DNA of 62,741 nucleotides, filler included, from Thelocarpon superellum (lineage: Eukaryota), in the NCBI GenBank assembly GCA_026025795.1. It is 16 parts of 16 records of this genome, joined end to end, with 100 filler letters (N's around TTAATTAATTAA, not from the genome) between each part and the next. Parts side by side here need not be neighbours in the genome. Positions count along the whole stretch, not along the records: positions 39,856 to 43,606 come from JAPEUG010000774.1; positions 43,707 to 47,455 come from JAPEUG010000775.1; positions 47,556 to 51,304 come from JAPEUG010000776.1; positions 51,405 to 55,146 come from JAPEUG010000777.1; 12 more parts are not named here. One strand, given 5' to 3'. The notes under the pieces were generated by a model. It did no database searches. It saw only the letters and a program-made list of their open reading frames with translations, and had not been told where the DNA came from. Positions 39,756-52,417 of the stretch are shown piece by piece (the stretch's first letter is position 1; every line of letters begins with the position of its first letter). Made by a program: the position numbers and the translations under genes.

Positions 39756-39855
39756 NNNNNNNNNNNNNNNNNNNNNNNNNNNNNNNNNNNNNNNNNNNNT
39801 TAATTAATTAANNNNNNNNNNNNNNNNNNNNNNNNNNNNNNNNNNNNNNNNNNNN
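39756..39855. other. Artificial contig spacer
   Basis: N44-TTAATTAATTAA-N44. Confidence 0.98.
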
Positions 39856-40609
39856 GCCCTGGACCCCGACTCCCCCTCGAACTTCGACGTCTCTTCCCTC
39901 AGCCCCGCCCTTCTCCCGGCCTCGAGCAGCGACGTGCAGAGCCTGGCCGGCCAAGTGCGGCAGCTTCTCCGAGGGGGCGACGCAGAAGGCGCCCTGCGCG
40001 GCGCGCTGGACAATGCGCCGTATGGCGGGGACGAACGGACCAAGGTATGCATGCGTGCGTGCGTGACGGCACGTCGAGAGACACCCACCCGACGGGGCTG
40101 ACTGGTCTCCGGCGCCGCAGGAAATCCACCTCGCTACCGTCATCGAAGTGCTTCAGTCGATCAAGCAGTCGGAGATGACGCCCATGTTGACGCGGATCTA
40201 CGGCGCTGATGGTGGGATCGAGATTCTGGACGTGTTGATGAAGTATCTGTACGTGGTCTCTTTGGACGTGCACGGCGGAGATGCCGCTGGATCTGGAGAA
40301 GACGATCCCTGACGAGCGAGTTGCAGGTACAAGGGCATGGCGCACGCGTCACAGATGTCGAGTGCGTCGGGCAAGGCGCTGTCGCCGCAGCCTACGGGCT
40401 TTTCTCAGATACATTCGCGGGGCGGTGGAGAGGGCGGTGGTCAGGCCATGAGCGTCTTGCTGAGCTGGCATGAGAAGGTAGGCGGCCTGTTCCCTTCCGC
40501 CATGGGTTGCTTCCGCTCCGGCGCTGACGCGTGTCGTGGCATATAGCTCGTGGAGATCGCTGGGGCTGGCAGCATTGTGCGGGTCATGACGGATCGAAGG
40601 ACGGCCTAG
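39856..40609 (+). CDS. ARC15: Arp2/3 complex subunit 5 (ARPC5), 5' partial, 4 visible exons
   Basis: ALDPDS, VRQLLRGGDAEGALRGAL, LDVLMKYL/YKGM, SVLLSWHEK/LVEIAGAGSIVRVMTDRRTA*. Confidence 0.93.
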
Positions 40610-40688
40610 TCCTATAGATGGTTGATGCAAGTATTTTATGAGATCGAATGCACGCTGATATTCCGAGCGGGAATTCCGTCCTGGATAT

Positions 40689-41805
40689 CTACATGCCCGA
40701 CCCGTCTCCTTCCAGCACGTCCTTTAGATTTACTTGGCCGCTTCCCCGGGCCAGCGGCTGTGATTGATTCGGACCCTCTTTCCACCCGATCATGTAGATC
40801 AATCGAAACGTGGCGGGTAAGGATCCATCCTCGTTGCCATGAAGCTCTCGGTAGATGGCTTCGCTGGCCAGGAGGACGTCCCGCTGAATCCCTCCCATCT
40901 CTCGCCCTAACACGGCGTTACTCTCACCCATGGCCTGTAAATCAGCCATCAAGGCGAATGAGGTGGGGAAGTCCACGATGATGTCGTCCACGTCGACCGT
41001 CAGCATCTTGAAGCCAGCTTTTTGCAGCAACCCGCCCACATCACGTACGTCAGCCAAGGGCGAGACGCGTGTGCTGACACCTCCGCGGCGGTCCAGCTCC
41101 GCCAGCTGCAAGGACGTCCGTAACTCGAAGAGCGTGTCGCCGCCGAGAATGGCCGCCATAAAGGGACAGTCGGGTTTGAGCACGTGGTTGATCTGTGAGA
41201 GCAGCGATGGTAGATCATTAACCCAGTGTAAGCTGAGCGAGCTTAGGACCGCATCAAAGGTCTCCCCCTCGTATGGAAGGAACTCCTCGTCTTGGATGAC
41301 TTCCCGGAGGATGTTGATATCCTCGTTGAACGGGAGAGTTGCGTCACGATGGAGGAGGGCTGGGGACGACTCGGCCGCCGTAAGCTCTGATAATCGCGTC
41401 GCTATCGGAGGTATGGGGGGCCTCGAGGGGTCCGGATCGATGACGGGCCTGGTCAGCGCTTTTGCTACGTTGCAGGCATTGGCTCCAAGGTCGAGCACTC
41501 GTGGAAAATGTCGTTTGATATCCTGCCCGGGCGTCAACAGGATGAGTTGCGGAGACAGCATGCGACTAGAAACCCACGAGCAATCGTTCCGTCAACCTCG
41601 ATGCCACTTCATCGCGAAGGTAGTCCACCTTCCTGCTCGTCTCCGTGTCTCGTGCAGCTCGCTCCTTTTGGAGCTGTTTCGTCCGTCGATTGAAGACCTG
41701 TAGCGTTGGTGCCCCGGGCGCTTGCACGGCATACGACCGGACCAAAGCACATCTCGGGCACAATCCAATGGTGCCGACCGCCGGTCGACCAAAGGCCAAA
41801 TTCAT
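40689..41805 (-). CDS. NDUFAF5: Complex I assembly factor NDUFAF5 (SAM-methyltransferase fold), mitochondrial; 2 exons
   Basis: VFNRRTKQLQKERAA, DYLRDEVASRLTERLL/DIKRHF, LDLGA, SLHWVNDLP, GGDTLFELRTSLQLAE, DLQAMGESNA, IYMIGWK. Confidence 0.93.
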
Positions 41806-42005
41806 TGATATTCCGGCTTCCAGCGATTGGCCTCTGAGCAGTATGAAGGAGCGTTGGTGATGGTGTGACGTGATGATTGTTGGAAGATTCAAGGATCACG
41901 CATACGATCCAACAACGCACCTTGATATCGGAATGATTGAGCATGCTACATCTTGACTCTCCAGCCCCGCCAACCATCTTGCGCTTGTGGGGCAATTTGT
42001 CGAGC

Positions 42006-43606
42006 ATGGCTGTCAGTCTACCGTACACGTACATTCAATGTCCCTGCGTCAATGTGCCAGACGCTGCCTTGAGCTCTGGATCCCGTCACAACACCAAGCA
42101 GGTTGCTTCACGGGAGGAGACAAACGAGGAGGCCGAAGAAGACGAAGAGCATACATTCGATCCACGGGCGCCACGTGCGAACTACTCTCTTTACCCGCTC
42201 GACTATCTGCTCTATTGCGAGGACTGCCACCAGATCAGGTGTCCACGATGTGTCATGGACGAGATCGTTTGTTGGTTCTGTCCCAGCTGTCTGTTTGAAG
42301 TCGCAAGCGGTACGGTGAAGACGGATGGCAATAGGTGGGTCCCAGATGGTGTTCTCGAGTGCATGGAGAGACCGTTTGCTTATATGCCTTGCGCTCACAG
42401 GTGCACGCGGAGCTGCTATCAATGTCCGATCTGCACCTCGCCCCTGATGGTCAATGCCGTGGGTGGTTCGGAGGATGGCGCGACACAGGAAGGCCCATAC
42501 ATCCTGGCCTGTCCGTACTGCAACTGGAGTTCCGCGGAGATCGGCATGGAGTTCCATAAGCCGAACAACATCACAGGACAGCTGGCGAACCTGAAGAAGG
42601 GTGGCAGCACGCGGGAGCACAGCCTGCTGCAATACCCTGTGAGCCAGACGCAGGGGGAGACGGAGAACGAGGCGGAAAAGGCCGAGGAGGGCCCGGCGGT
42701 GGATGAAGAGCGGCGATTCGCAAACCTCAAGTCGTTTTATACCGCTCAGCTCTCGGAGCCGTCGCCCGCGGGACCGGCGATGGACTTGGGAAGTGCCTAT
42801 GGGTATGGATCCCCCGGTACGCTGTCACGAATCATGGGGCTCTACACGGGCATGGGCGGTTACGGGGCGAAGAAGGCGCAAGGGAAGTCCGGCAGTATAA
42901 GGGAAGCTCGCGATGCGGGGGAGGGCCTCCAGGTGCTTGGCGACGAGGACGGGATCATACGGAGAATGAGGGCCGGTGGATGGGATGAGAGTGAGCAGAA
43001 GCACTGGAAGACCCATCGAATGTGATGCTGATACGTACAGCAACGAATTGGAGCCAGCGATCTAGTGTCAATCGCGCCACGCGGTTTGTTTCGTGAGTCT
43101 CTCCGTCACCAAGCACTGTGACTGGTACTCATATGGTCTAGGGACCTCCGACCCGTTGCAACCCTGCTACGAACGAAACGATCGAAGCGCTGTCGCACAT
43201 GCCGCCATATCCTAGTCAAGCCGGAGTCCAAAGTGCCCAGCACTCGATTCCGGATACGACTTGTGGCGGCGTAGGCGCACCATTCCCGCGTCCACTGCGC
43301 GCCGAGCTGACGCCAGGCCCAGGAACTACCTCCCTAGCATCACGCTGTCCACTCTCTCAGGCACACCACTCCCTCCCACGCTGCAGGCGTTCAAAACGAC
43401 GCAGACGCTGCTAACATTCAAGAACCCGCTCTTCGAAACGATCCATGTAACGCTGGCCACGCCAACACAGACACCCTCGGGCCCGGCCTCGAAAGCATCT
43501 TCTAGCAAGGTAACCGTTCTCTGCCCGCAGTTCAGCGTGGGCGCCAACACCGACGTGTGGGACGAGGCCCTGAGCGGTGGCGGCTCGGGGAGTCATCTGA
43601 GCTCGA
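42006..43606 (+). CDS. DCTN4: Dynactin p62 subunit (Ro-2/DCTN4-like), 3' partial
   Basis: PYTYIQCPC, FDPRAPRANYSLYP, LLYCEDCHQIRCPRC, CPSCLFEV, NR/CTRSCYQCPIC, LRTKRSKRCRTCRHILVKPE, LTFKNPLFE, VTVLCPQF. Confidence 0.92.
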
Positions 43607-43706
43607 NNNNNNNNNNNNNNNNNNNNNNNNNNNNNNNNNNNNNNNNNNNNTTAATTAATTAANNNNNNNNNNNNNNNNNNNNNNNNNNNNNNNNNNNNNN
43701 NNNNNN
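43607..43706. other. Artificial contig spacer
   Basis: N-flanked TTAATTAATTAA. Confidence 0.98.
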
Positions 43707-45211
43707 ATAGGCGGGCTTAATCTGGCCCTGCGTACTCTGGAGCGATCGCCCCACCACGCGTGCAAAGGCGGCTTCGCGGGCCACGACCGCAGCCGTGCAT
43801 GCGCGACGGCCGGAATGGTCCGTGTGCCTCCAGGTCAAGCGTGGGCGCGCGACATGTGGCGATGTTGTGCAAGTACTTTGTGTCCCGCACAAAAGGCCGT
43901 CGGCGGATCGGCCGTTTCGGAGGAGCGCAATGGTCCAACCTAGGACCAGTCCAGGATGTCGAGCATCAGCACACTCCCGGTCCCTGACAGGAGACTGGTC
44001 AAAGCCCGACCAAGGGTGCACGGGTCTCGGATTGGGGATTAAAGCCCGGCAATGACAGAACGAGGGGTCGGCTAAAGTCTCTCATCTTCTCGTGAGGGAA
44101 GTACCTTGCCGTTGGGGAGCGATCAAGGCGAATTACCGTGCAAGCAGGGTTGTGCAATCAGGGTTATGCAATTACCCCAGCCAAGACGTGCTCGGTAACA
44201 CCCGCTCGAGCACAAACTCGAGCTCGAGGCTACTTGCAGATGCATAATCTCAGTGGCGCTCGTCTCCCGCTTGCGCACGCTGCGCTGGCCTCGACCTCGT
44301 CAACCGCAGCCGATGAGCCGGACGCTTACGAACCTAGAGGTTAGCGGGAAGTGGAGCGACAGGCAGCATCGCGTGATTAGCTGGTTATCGTTCAGTTCCC
44401 CATGGCCAACGCCCACACCCTAACGATAAACCCGGCGTGATTTGCCCTGGCATCATGCATACACTGGGATGACCACCTTCGACCACGCGCGTCCCACCCT
44501 TGACTTGTACCATGCTTGAGGTACTCGTACTTGCAAGTCCTGCCTGTCTACTCGTAGCTTCCTCGTGGCCCCAAATCTCCGGCGCTCGTGCCCTTCGGGT
44601 GGGCACAGCGCGTGTTGTCCCGCCCGGGCCCAAAGTCAAAACGATGTGGGCCGGTGGTGTTAGTGCCATGGCCGCGGGGCCGGCCTCTTGGCTTTAACTT
44701 AGTCTGCCTAGTCAAAGTCCCCTGCCGCGTCTACCAATGATAACCCCCTTGATGCCGAAGCCTTCTACCAGATGCGTCGGCGCTGGTGCTAGGGCCGAGA
44801 ACTGCATGCCAGCTTTATCCGATAGCTTCGACCCGCGAAATCATGGACACCAGCACCACGCCATGCCGGACGAGCGCCATCTGGCCCTGGCCGGTGCTTT
44901 GGGCGACCGACTATGCCCCAAGCGTCGGCACCAGGGATCGCGCCCCAGACTTATCCGCGGCCAGCTGTGGGCTGGGCCGTCCCTAGAGGACGAAGGCCTG
45001 AGCCAGGCCTATCTCGCACCTTCTCCGTCTCCATCTCCATCTTCGTAATCTATCGTCCCTCTCTTGCTCTGGCACAGCACGGCATTCATAAGACGGTTGT
45101 GAACGCGTGCCTCGGTGTCGATTGTCGTATTTTGGCCGTTGACAGCTCTATCACCCGTCGACTGTCAGACCTCAAGTCATCATGTCTGTCATCAAAGGAC
45201 CCCAGTACCCC

Positions 45212-47058
45212 ATGGTGGCTATCACCACCGACAAGGGCATGGTCGGCGGCGGCGGCGGCGGCATGCTCGAGTCAAAAACGCACATGAATCGCGATGAGCA
45301 GGACATGGCGTACTTTGGAAAGAAGCAACAGCTGAAGGTGCGTGTCTGGCCCGCATGCCCACGCTGCTCCTGACATCCCTCTTACCCTTCTAATCGTGGG
45401 ACAGCGTAACTTTGGGTTCTTGTCCATCGTCGGCCTCAGTGTGACGTTGATGGGAACGTGGGAGTCGCTCTTCAGCGCCTTCACCTATGGTCTCACCAAC
45501 GGCGGTCCCGCCGGCCTGGTGTATGGCTACATCTTCTGCTGGATCGGCACCTGGGCCGTGACGGCGTCGCTGGCCGAATTGGCATCGGCGTACGTGTGCT
45601 CTGTGTGCTACACCCCTAAGCCGCGAAGCCCCGTCTGACACTCTCCTCCAGGATCCCGCTGTCCGGTGGACAGTACAACTGGGTCTCATACCTGGCGCCG
45701 CAATGGTGTGCTAAGTTCCTGAGTTACATGACGGGTGGGTCACCCGCGCTGGTGTCTTGTCACGTTGGTCTAATGCCGAGCAGGGTGGATGACGGTGCTC
45801 GGATGGTTGGCTGGTATGGCCAGTCTTGCCTTCCTCGGCGGGACCGTGATCCAAGGTCTTCTGGTGCTGAACTACGACTCTTACGTCTTCGAGCGATGGC
45901 ACGGCACCCTCCTCTTCTACGCCGTCATGGCCATCTGTCTGTTCATCAACACGGTCATGGCCAGCTGGCTTCCAAAAGTCGAGGGGTTGATGTTCATCAC
46001 CCACATCGTCAGCTTCTTCGGCATTCTGGTGCCCTTGGTATACTTTGCCCCCCATGGCTCCGCGTCAGACGTGTTTGCGACGTTCGTGAATGGCGGAGGC
46101 TGGAGCAGCAACGGCGTGTCATTCTTCGTGGGCATCATCACGAGCGTGTACGCTTTCGTCGGTGGGTACTCTCTCGGACGCGGTGCGCGGGGATCTGTTC
46201 CTGATCAGACGACACGCAGGCACCGACAGCGCATGCCACATGGCTGAGGAGATTCAAGATGCCTCCACCGTCGTTCCGTGGTGCATGATGACGACCATGG
46301 CTATCAACGGCGTGCTCGGCTTCGGCATGCTCCTGGCCATCCTCTTCTGCGTTGGGGATGTGAATGACGCGTTGAACACGCCGACGGGCTATCCCTTCAT
46401 CGAGATCTTCTTCCAAGCCACGGAATCGGTGGGCGGAGCGACGGCCATGACGGCGGTCGTTGCGGCTGAAGTCATCTTCGCGGCTGTCGGTATCCTGGCC
46501 ACCAGCTCGCGCATGCTGTGGGCCTTCTCTCGTGACAATGGCGTTCCGTACTCCAAGTACATCGGTCGGGTAGGTGACGTGGACAGCGCGGCAGTGATGG
46601 CGTCGGTCCGGCTAACTTTCGCACAGGTCGACACGCGGACCGGCTTGCCGCTGTGGTCGATCATGGTCTGCACGGTGATCAGCCTTCTGCTTGCCCTGAT
46701 CAACATCGGATCTACGGCTGCATTCAACGCCATGGCCTCTCTGGTCGCGGCCGGCTTCCTCACGTCGTACCTCATCTCGATCGGACTGCTCCTGTACCGT
46801 CGATACACGGGCGACAAGATCCGATGGGGTCCGTGGAACATGGGCCGATACGGCGGGGTGGTCAACATGATCTCCATCGTCTACATTGTCATCTCGTGCC
46901 TTTTCTCTTTCTTCCCCGGCACCGCGACGGTCACGCTGATCGACATGAACTGGTCGTGCGTCGTATTTGGCGCGGTGGTCGTCTTCAGCCTGATTTTCTA
47001 CGTCATCTACGCCCGCCACACCTTCAAGGGACCGGTTGTGGAGGTTCATGACGACTGA
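45212..47058 (+). CDS. APC-superfamily amino acid/choline/GABA permease (Hnm1/Uga4-like), multi-exon
   Basis: GKKQQLK/RNFGFLSIVG, NGGPAGLVYG, SLAELAS, GGQYNWV, DSACHMAEEI, SRMLWAFSRDNGVP, INIGSTAAFNA, MNWSCVV; start 45182 also possible. Confidence 0.92.
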
Positions 47059-47455
47059 TATTACGCGTGTCATTCTTGCATGTTAAGCTTCGATCTTGTG
47101 TATTCATTATGTACGCCCACCTTGCCCTCGGAGAGAGGGAGGGCCGGGGGCGGCAGGGGTGTGGGCGGGGCCGGGGCCGAGGTTGTACGCTTTTATGCGA
47201 TGTGAAATCCGATTGCTACGTCTTATGAGACTGCAACGGAAGCACGTCGGATCAGGCGTAACCGACAGCCAAAGGTGTTGGTGGAGTCTTTTCATTGATT
47301 CCCTTTGTCCCGTCTCCCTTTCGACCCTTCTTGGGAGAGGGGTCTAAACTTAGTATCATCATATCTCAGGGTGATTTCGGATTCGTTCGCGGCGGTGGCG
47401 GTGGTAGGGACGGAGACGGCGACGGGAACGCGGAGCGGGATGGACGGGATGGACA

Positions 47456-47555
47456 NNNNNNNNNNNNNNNNNNNNNNNNNNNNNNNNNNNNNNNNNNNNT
47501 TAATTAATTAANNNNNNNNNNNNNNNNNNNNNNNNNNNNNNNNNNNNNNNNNNNN
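47456..47555. other. Artificial contig spacer
   Basis: N44-TTAATTAATTAA-N44. Confidence 0.98.
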
Positions 47556-47919
47556 GGAGTAGATTTGGCATGATATTTCCTCGGGTCCGTCTGGGCGGGT
47601 GCACACCATTCATCAGCATCAGCATCCTCATCGTCACGACCATGATATCCCAAGAACGTGGCAGTGATACAAGTCATGTCTGGTTTGCCTTTCTTTGCGA
47701 TATGCATTTACCTTGCGGTGCGGGTGCGTTGCGCGTTGAGGGTATCTTGGCGGCATTTGAAGGGCGGTAGCGGAAGGGAACAGAGCAGAATCTTACCTTA
47801 CATTACATGCTATACATATACTCAGGCTCTACAAGTCGAGATGAAAAACTCTAGGAGATACATGGGTCCATGATGGTCCATACAAACTCGTTGGGAAGTT
47901 CCAATTCTGCATTGCTCAA

Positions 47920-48005
47920 CTCTCCTCCCCTGCTCTCCTCCCCTGCTCTCCTCCCCTGCTCTCCTCCCCTGCCCTCCTCCCATGCTCTCCTCCCCTGCTC
48001 TCCTC
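47920..48005. repeat. 13-mer minisatellite (CTCTCCTCCCCTG) x about 6.6
   Basis: Five perfect units, one variant unit and a partial unit. Confidence 0.92.
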
Positions 48006-48105
48006 AACCGCGTGATCAGATGACGTTGGATGAGTATGAATTGCTGTTCGCTCAGACAACGTCTGACCATCTGAGGGTGGACCATTTCATACATCATTTC
48101 ATGCA

Positions 48106-50393
48106 TCATTTGATGGTCACTCCAAACAGCCGGAACCTCCGCTCCCACTCGCCTTGCCATCGCTGCTTTCCAGCTTCGACGTTGTCTCGTCCGGCCGAAG
48201 ACGACTTGATGCCGTATTCCATGATGCAGCATTCAAAGGTTCGTGCGGACGCGGTAGTAGGGACCGCAATGTCGTGCGTGGCACCAGCGTCCGGCTTCGT
48301 CCGTGGCCGAGAGCTCTTCGCATCCGTCCGCACCAACCCCATCTGGCTTTTCCTCTCCTCCAGATCGCCCCACAATACGAACAGCTTCTCTCGTAGCCTG
48401 GCAAGGGCTTCGGGGTTCTTGCCGAGACTAGAGCGGACGAAGTTTCGGCCTGTCAGTGGGGTGTGTCGAGTGCCAGTACCACGAGCCTGACTCACTCTTC
48501 CGCCCTCATGCTCAGCATGAACTCCGCGTCCTCTTGAGCGACGAGTAGCTTCATCCGGGCTGGGCGTTCTTGATTGCTGCTGCCCCCCGCCTTGGCGTGG
48601 CCGTCTTCAACCAGGAGGGAGAATCTCCATTCCCACTTCTGATCACGCGCGGAGATGCGGAAACCACCGTCACTCTTATCGCTCGGACTATCTCCCCCTT
48701 CCCCGTCCTCACCTCCAGCATCACCGTCGCTGTCTGACAAGACGTCAAATTCCGAGGACCCACATGGGACCGCGAAGTCGGCCAGCCGAGGCGGGAAGAA
48801 GTCGATGACTCGGATTCGGGCGCAACATTTGATATTGTGAAAGGGCTGTCGATAGACGATGCCGCCAGGGCTCTTGTTCTCATGGTTCATACCCTGAATG
48901 ATCTCCGCCAGTGGCCGTGTGGGTATGCTTGGATGCAAGCAGCGAACTGGAACGAGTCTGAGCATGCTTTGCGGCCGAGGATCTCGCTCCACTCACCGTG
49001 CTTGTTGACTTCGAAGTGCCGCTGCAAGTCCGAGTTTCCAGCGGTCCCCGGCGCCTCCCGCTCCCTAGGTTCCGCTCCCTTGCTTTCCTTCCCCTTGGAT
49101 CGTTTCTTCGCTCGTGTTCTCGGGTCTGGGTCACCCTCTTCCTCTGCATCCTCATGGCCTCGCTTGAGCTGGGGTTCGATGTCGTCCAGATACCTTTCCC
49201 GTTCCGCATTCGCTGTCTTCCAATATGCTCTTTTCCGACGCAGCAAAGCCTTGACGCGTTCATCTTCACGCTCTTTGATGTGCCAAATCTCGATGCGATC
49301 CGGGTACTTGGCATCCCGGCCCAGAGCGCCTTCCAATTTACTGCCTGATTGGTCGCGTTTGGTCCGCATATTTCTCAGAAAGATGTTGTCGCCGACGTGG
49401 ACCTTGTCTCGAGCAAAATCGGCTTGGGGCTCCCATAGCACGACGGATAAGATGTGCTTTCCGTAAGGTCCCTCGAAGGCGGGATACTTCTTGCTATCAC
49501 CGTCGCCGTGGCCTCCATGCTCCGCCGGGACGCGACCCCACTCATAGTTGAAGAGCTCGTCGTGCTTCGTGTAATCGGTCACGTACAGTTCCACCGTTCG
49601 GCCGCCGCCCGTGTACACTTTGACCACTTGGCAGACCAGATCGTAGAAGCAGTCCACGCTAATGTCCTTGATTAAACTGAATCGATCGCGAGCGGCGGGC
49701 GGTGCGAGGGTGACGGCGGCGGGGGGAAAGAATCCACCGGCTGAAGAGGAGGATTGGGCGGGCGAGGTGAAACTTTGGCGGTCGCGAGAATTGCAGAGGC
49801 TGATGGCATACTTTTCCTCCGCCGGCGTCGGAGGCGCGGCGCGAGGAGAGGAGAAGTGTCGCATCGGACCCTTTCGTCCAGCGAAGTCGGCGGGAATGCC
49901 CGCGGCAGGAAAGACGGTCCATTGGGTCTGCCGTTTGACGCACGACGCCAGGGTCATGCCGCTCCATTCTTTGATCTAAGAAGCACCACGGTGAGCGGTG
50001 GAAAGCCACGAGGTCGACGGAGCGCCAGAAGAGCGGATCGTACCAGCACATTGCGCAGGATCACCACATCACCCGTGCCCTGGATGCGTGGAAGCTCGTC
50101 GACGCTCGACTGGAAGCACTTGACCCGTAGCCCATCGGAACCATCGAGGTGGTATCCTCCCATGGTCCAGTCGGAGAGAAAAAAGGTAGATTGATAGTCT
50201 ACGCATGCGGTGAGCCATGGCGCGAAAGATGAGGTACATGACCCAGGTGGTCGCGTGGCCATGATATACCTTCTCCTCGAGTCTTGCCGGGGGGCAGGTG
50301 CTGCACGACGACACCCATGAGGTTGAGGGGGCAGTTCTGTCTCTCCACTGCGGCTTGAAGATGAACGAAACCAGCCGGTGGATCCTCGGCCAT
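48106..50393 (-). CDS. POT1: Protection of telomeres protein 1 (OB-fold ssDNA telomere-binding); 5 exons
   Basis: LNLMGVVVQHLPPGKTRGE/DYQSTFFLSD, LPRIQGTGDVVILRN, FSLIKDI...FYDLVCQVVK, LYVTDYT, GPYGKHILSVVLWEP, RVIDFFPPRLADF, WEWRFSLLVED, LREKLFVLWGDLEE, FECCIMEYG; introns 50199-50269, 49976-50043, 48947-48996, 48428-48495. Confidence 0.9.
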
Positions 50394-51304
50394 GATGGCG
50401 GCGATGCTGGCATGCTGGCCACCTGCTCTCCTTCAGTTCTCCCGCCCCTCGCCTTCTGCCTGTCTGTCGTGGACGCGTCCTGGACTCATGTCTCCATTTC
50501 GAGGTTAGCGCCACCGCCGCTCTTAAGCCCCTCCTCCTGTCGATGGCAAGAGGACGACCAAGCTCACGAGGGACCACACTACTGCGAGCGGAGGCCGCCC
50601 TTGTGCTCGCTTCCACATTTTCCATTTCTTACGGGTTCCTCTGGCCCTGGGAGACACGGGGCATTTTCCGCGGGGGTGCCCCTCGATACACCATTGTAGG
50701 TACCGATGAGATCGAGACCCTTACACCGATCAGGACGTTGCTAACACTCTTCTCCGGATGCAGCTCTCTCGCATAGCTTGGCGTATGCTTGGTTATTTAA
50801 CATAGCAATCGCGAGACATCCAGAAGACCTACAAGTATTGGATACTTCGCCTGATCCGACCGCAGATCACGTTACCGTCACTAGTTCTACGGCCGCACGG
50901 GCAGTCAGCCATTTCGCAGCTTGCAAACTCGCAGTTCGCATCCCACCCACCTTCACACACCTGCTACTAGGAACGAGTAGTCAATTCATTGCCGCAGCCG
51001 CAATTCACGCACCAGCAGACACCAGCACCAAGGCCCACCATCACCGACCGCTACCCGTTTCGCAGCTTTCTTGCGCCTGAATTCGGATGTGGTGCCCGTC
51101 ACGACTACGTCCAGGCAAACGATCCACTTCGCTTACCACTTGACGCTCCTGCCCGCCACTGCGGGCTTGTCCATAACACGAGTGCCTACTTAGGCGGAGG
51201 ATACTGACAAGACCTTCAACTGCTCCCCCCGCCAACACACTCTTCTTTGATCTGCACCTCTCGCTCTTCTCCCTCACTACCTTGCACCACCTTTGATCCA
51301 CCGG

Positions 51305-51404
51305 NNNNNNNNNNNNNNNNNNNNNNNNNNNNNNNNNNNNNNNNNNNNTTAATTAATTAANNNNNNNNNNNNNNNNNNNNNNNNNNNNNNNNNNNNNNNN
51401 NNNN
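51305..51404. other. Artificial contig spacer
   Basis: N44-TTAATTAATTAA-N44. Confidence 0.98.
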
Positions 51405-51618
51405 AGGCGCCGGTGGCGGTGGTGGTGTCCTCGTAGTGCTCCATGAAGATGGAGCGGATGGCCTCGATCTCGTCTTTCTGCTGCGCCCGGCAGTCCTCGG
51501 CCACGTGGGCGCCATTGGCCCCTCCCTCCGTGTCGAGGTGGGGAAAGGCATTGGCATTGGGGGAGGGATCTGGGCGATTGGGTTTGGCTGTCCAGGCAGC
51601 GGATGGGGCTGGTGGCAT
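51405..51618 (-). CDS. GCN2: 5' end of an RWD-domain protein, most likely eIF2-alpha kinase Gcn2/CpcC
   Basis: QQKDEIEAIRSIFMEHYED matches RWD helix 1; preceding W/AFP leader and following TGA resemble filamentous-fungal Gcn2; only 71 codons visible. Confidence 0.65.
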
Positions 51619-52417
51619 CCCGGGCTGGGTGGGCGACGAGCGAGGGTGGGGGAGGGGTCACACGGTTCGTGGCACGGTCCAGACACCGCCGACGCCAAGG
51701 GGCGAACCTGAGAGAGACGATCCAGGGCAGCCAAAGCTGCACCGGTCACTCGCTACGGCTGGACATGATGGTCAGGGTAGAGAGGTGGTTACGATGGTCT
51801 GAAGAAACGATGGACGTCTCCGATGCCGGAGATGTCGGTGGAGATATTCGGGGTGACTCCGACGGTCAAGTCGGCGGTCGCAAAGCTAAGGTGCTCCGTC
51901 GCTCTCTTTACAGTTATGTTATTCCGTTGGTCAAGCTAACATACTCTTCATCCAAGAGCCGAACCTCGAACAATCGTGACCAATGAGCATGCCGGAGAGG
52001 GCGCTAGAGGCGGGGATTTCCGTGGCACAACATGACAAGCAATAATGGCCGAGGTGGGAGCGCTCGCTACGGTACGCGAGGCAGATATATGTGCAGTAGG
52101 TGCATCCGCATAGCAGGCGTCTTGAGGCTACCGCATTCAACAAGAGGCGTCACAGCGTAAACAAATGCCAGTCCCAGTCTCGTCACGTCCCACGACCCAG
52201 ATATCTATCCACGTCTCCCACCCTCATTCATTCGTTTCGTGTCGGCGTGTCTTGCGTGCCGAGACGCACGCATAATCGGCTAGATCAGTACCTCAGTCTA
52301 CTTCAAAAACACGCGAGTGGCGACGCGACGGCCCAGGTGACGGGAAGCCGGAAGCAGGGAGCTCTACCTCTCTGAAGGACTTCTGCGGGTGCTGGGTGGA
52401 GGCATCACGGGAGCGAC

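Noticed and set aside
43707..45211. TPP riboswitch or structured ncRNA upstream of the permease
   Set aside because: I could not find the conserved TPP aptamer core by eye; an Infernal/Rfam scan would settle it
28230..50393. RdRP + POT1 + other genes as a silencing/telomere gene cluster
   Set aside because: They lie on different contigs that are adjacent only through size sorting
50400..51304. Telomerase RNA or other ncRNA next to POT1
   Set aside because: No 1.5-repeat CTAACCCTAA-type template or snRNA/snoRNA hallmarks seen; looks like promoter/5' UTR sequence
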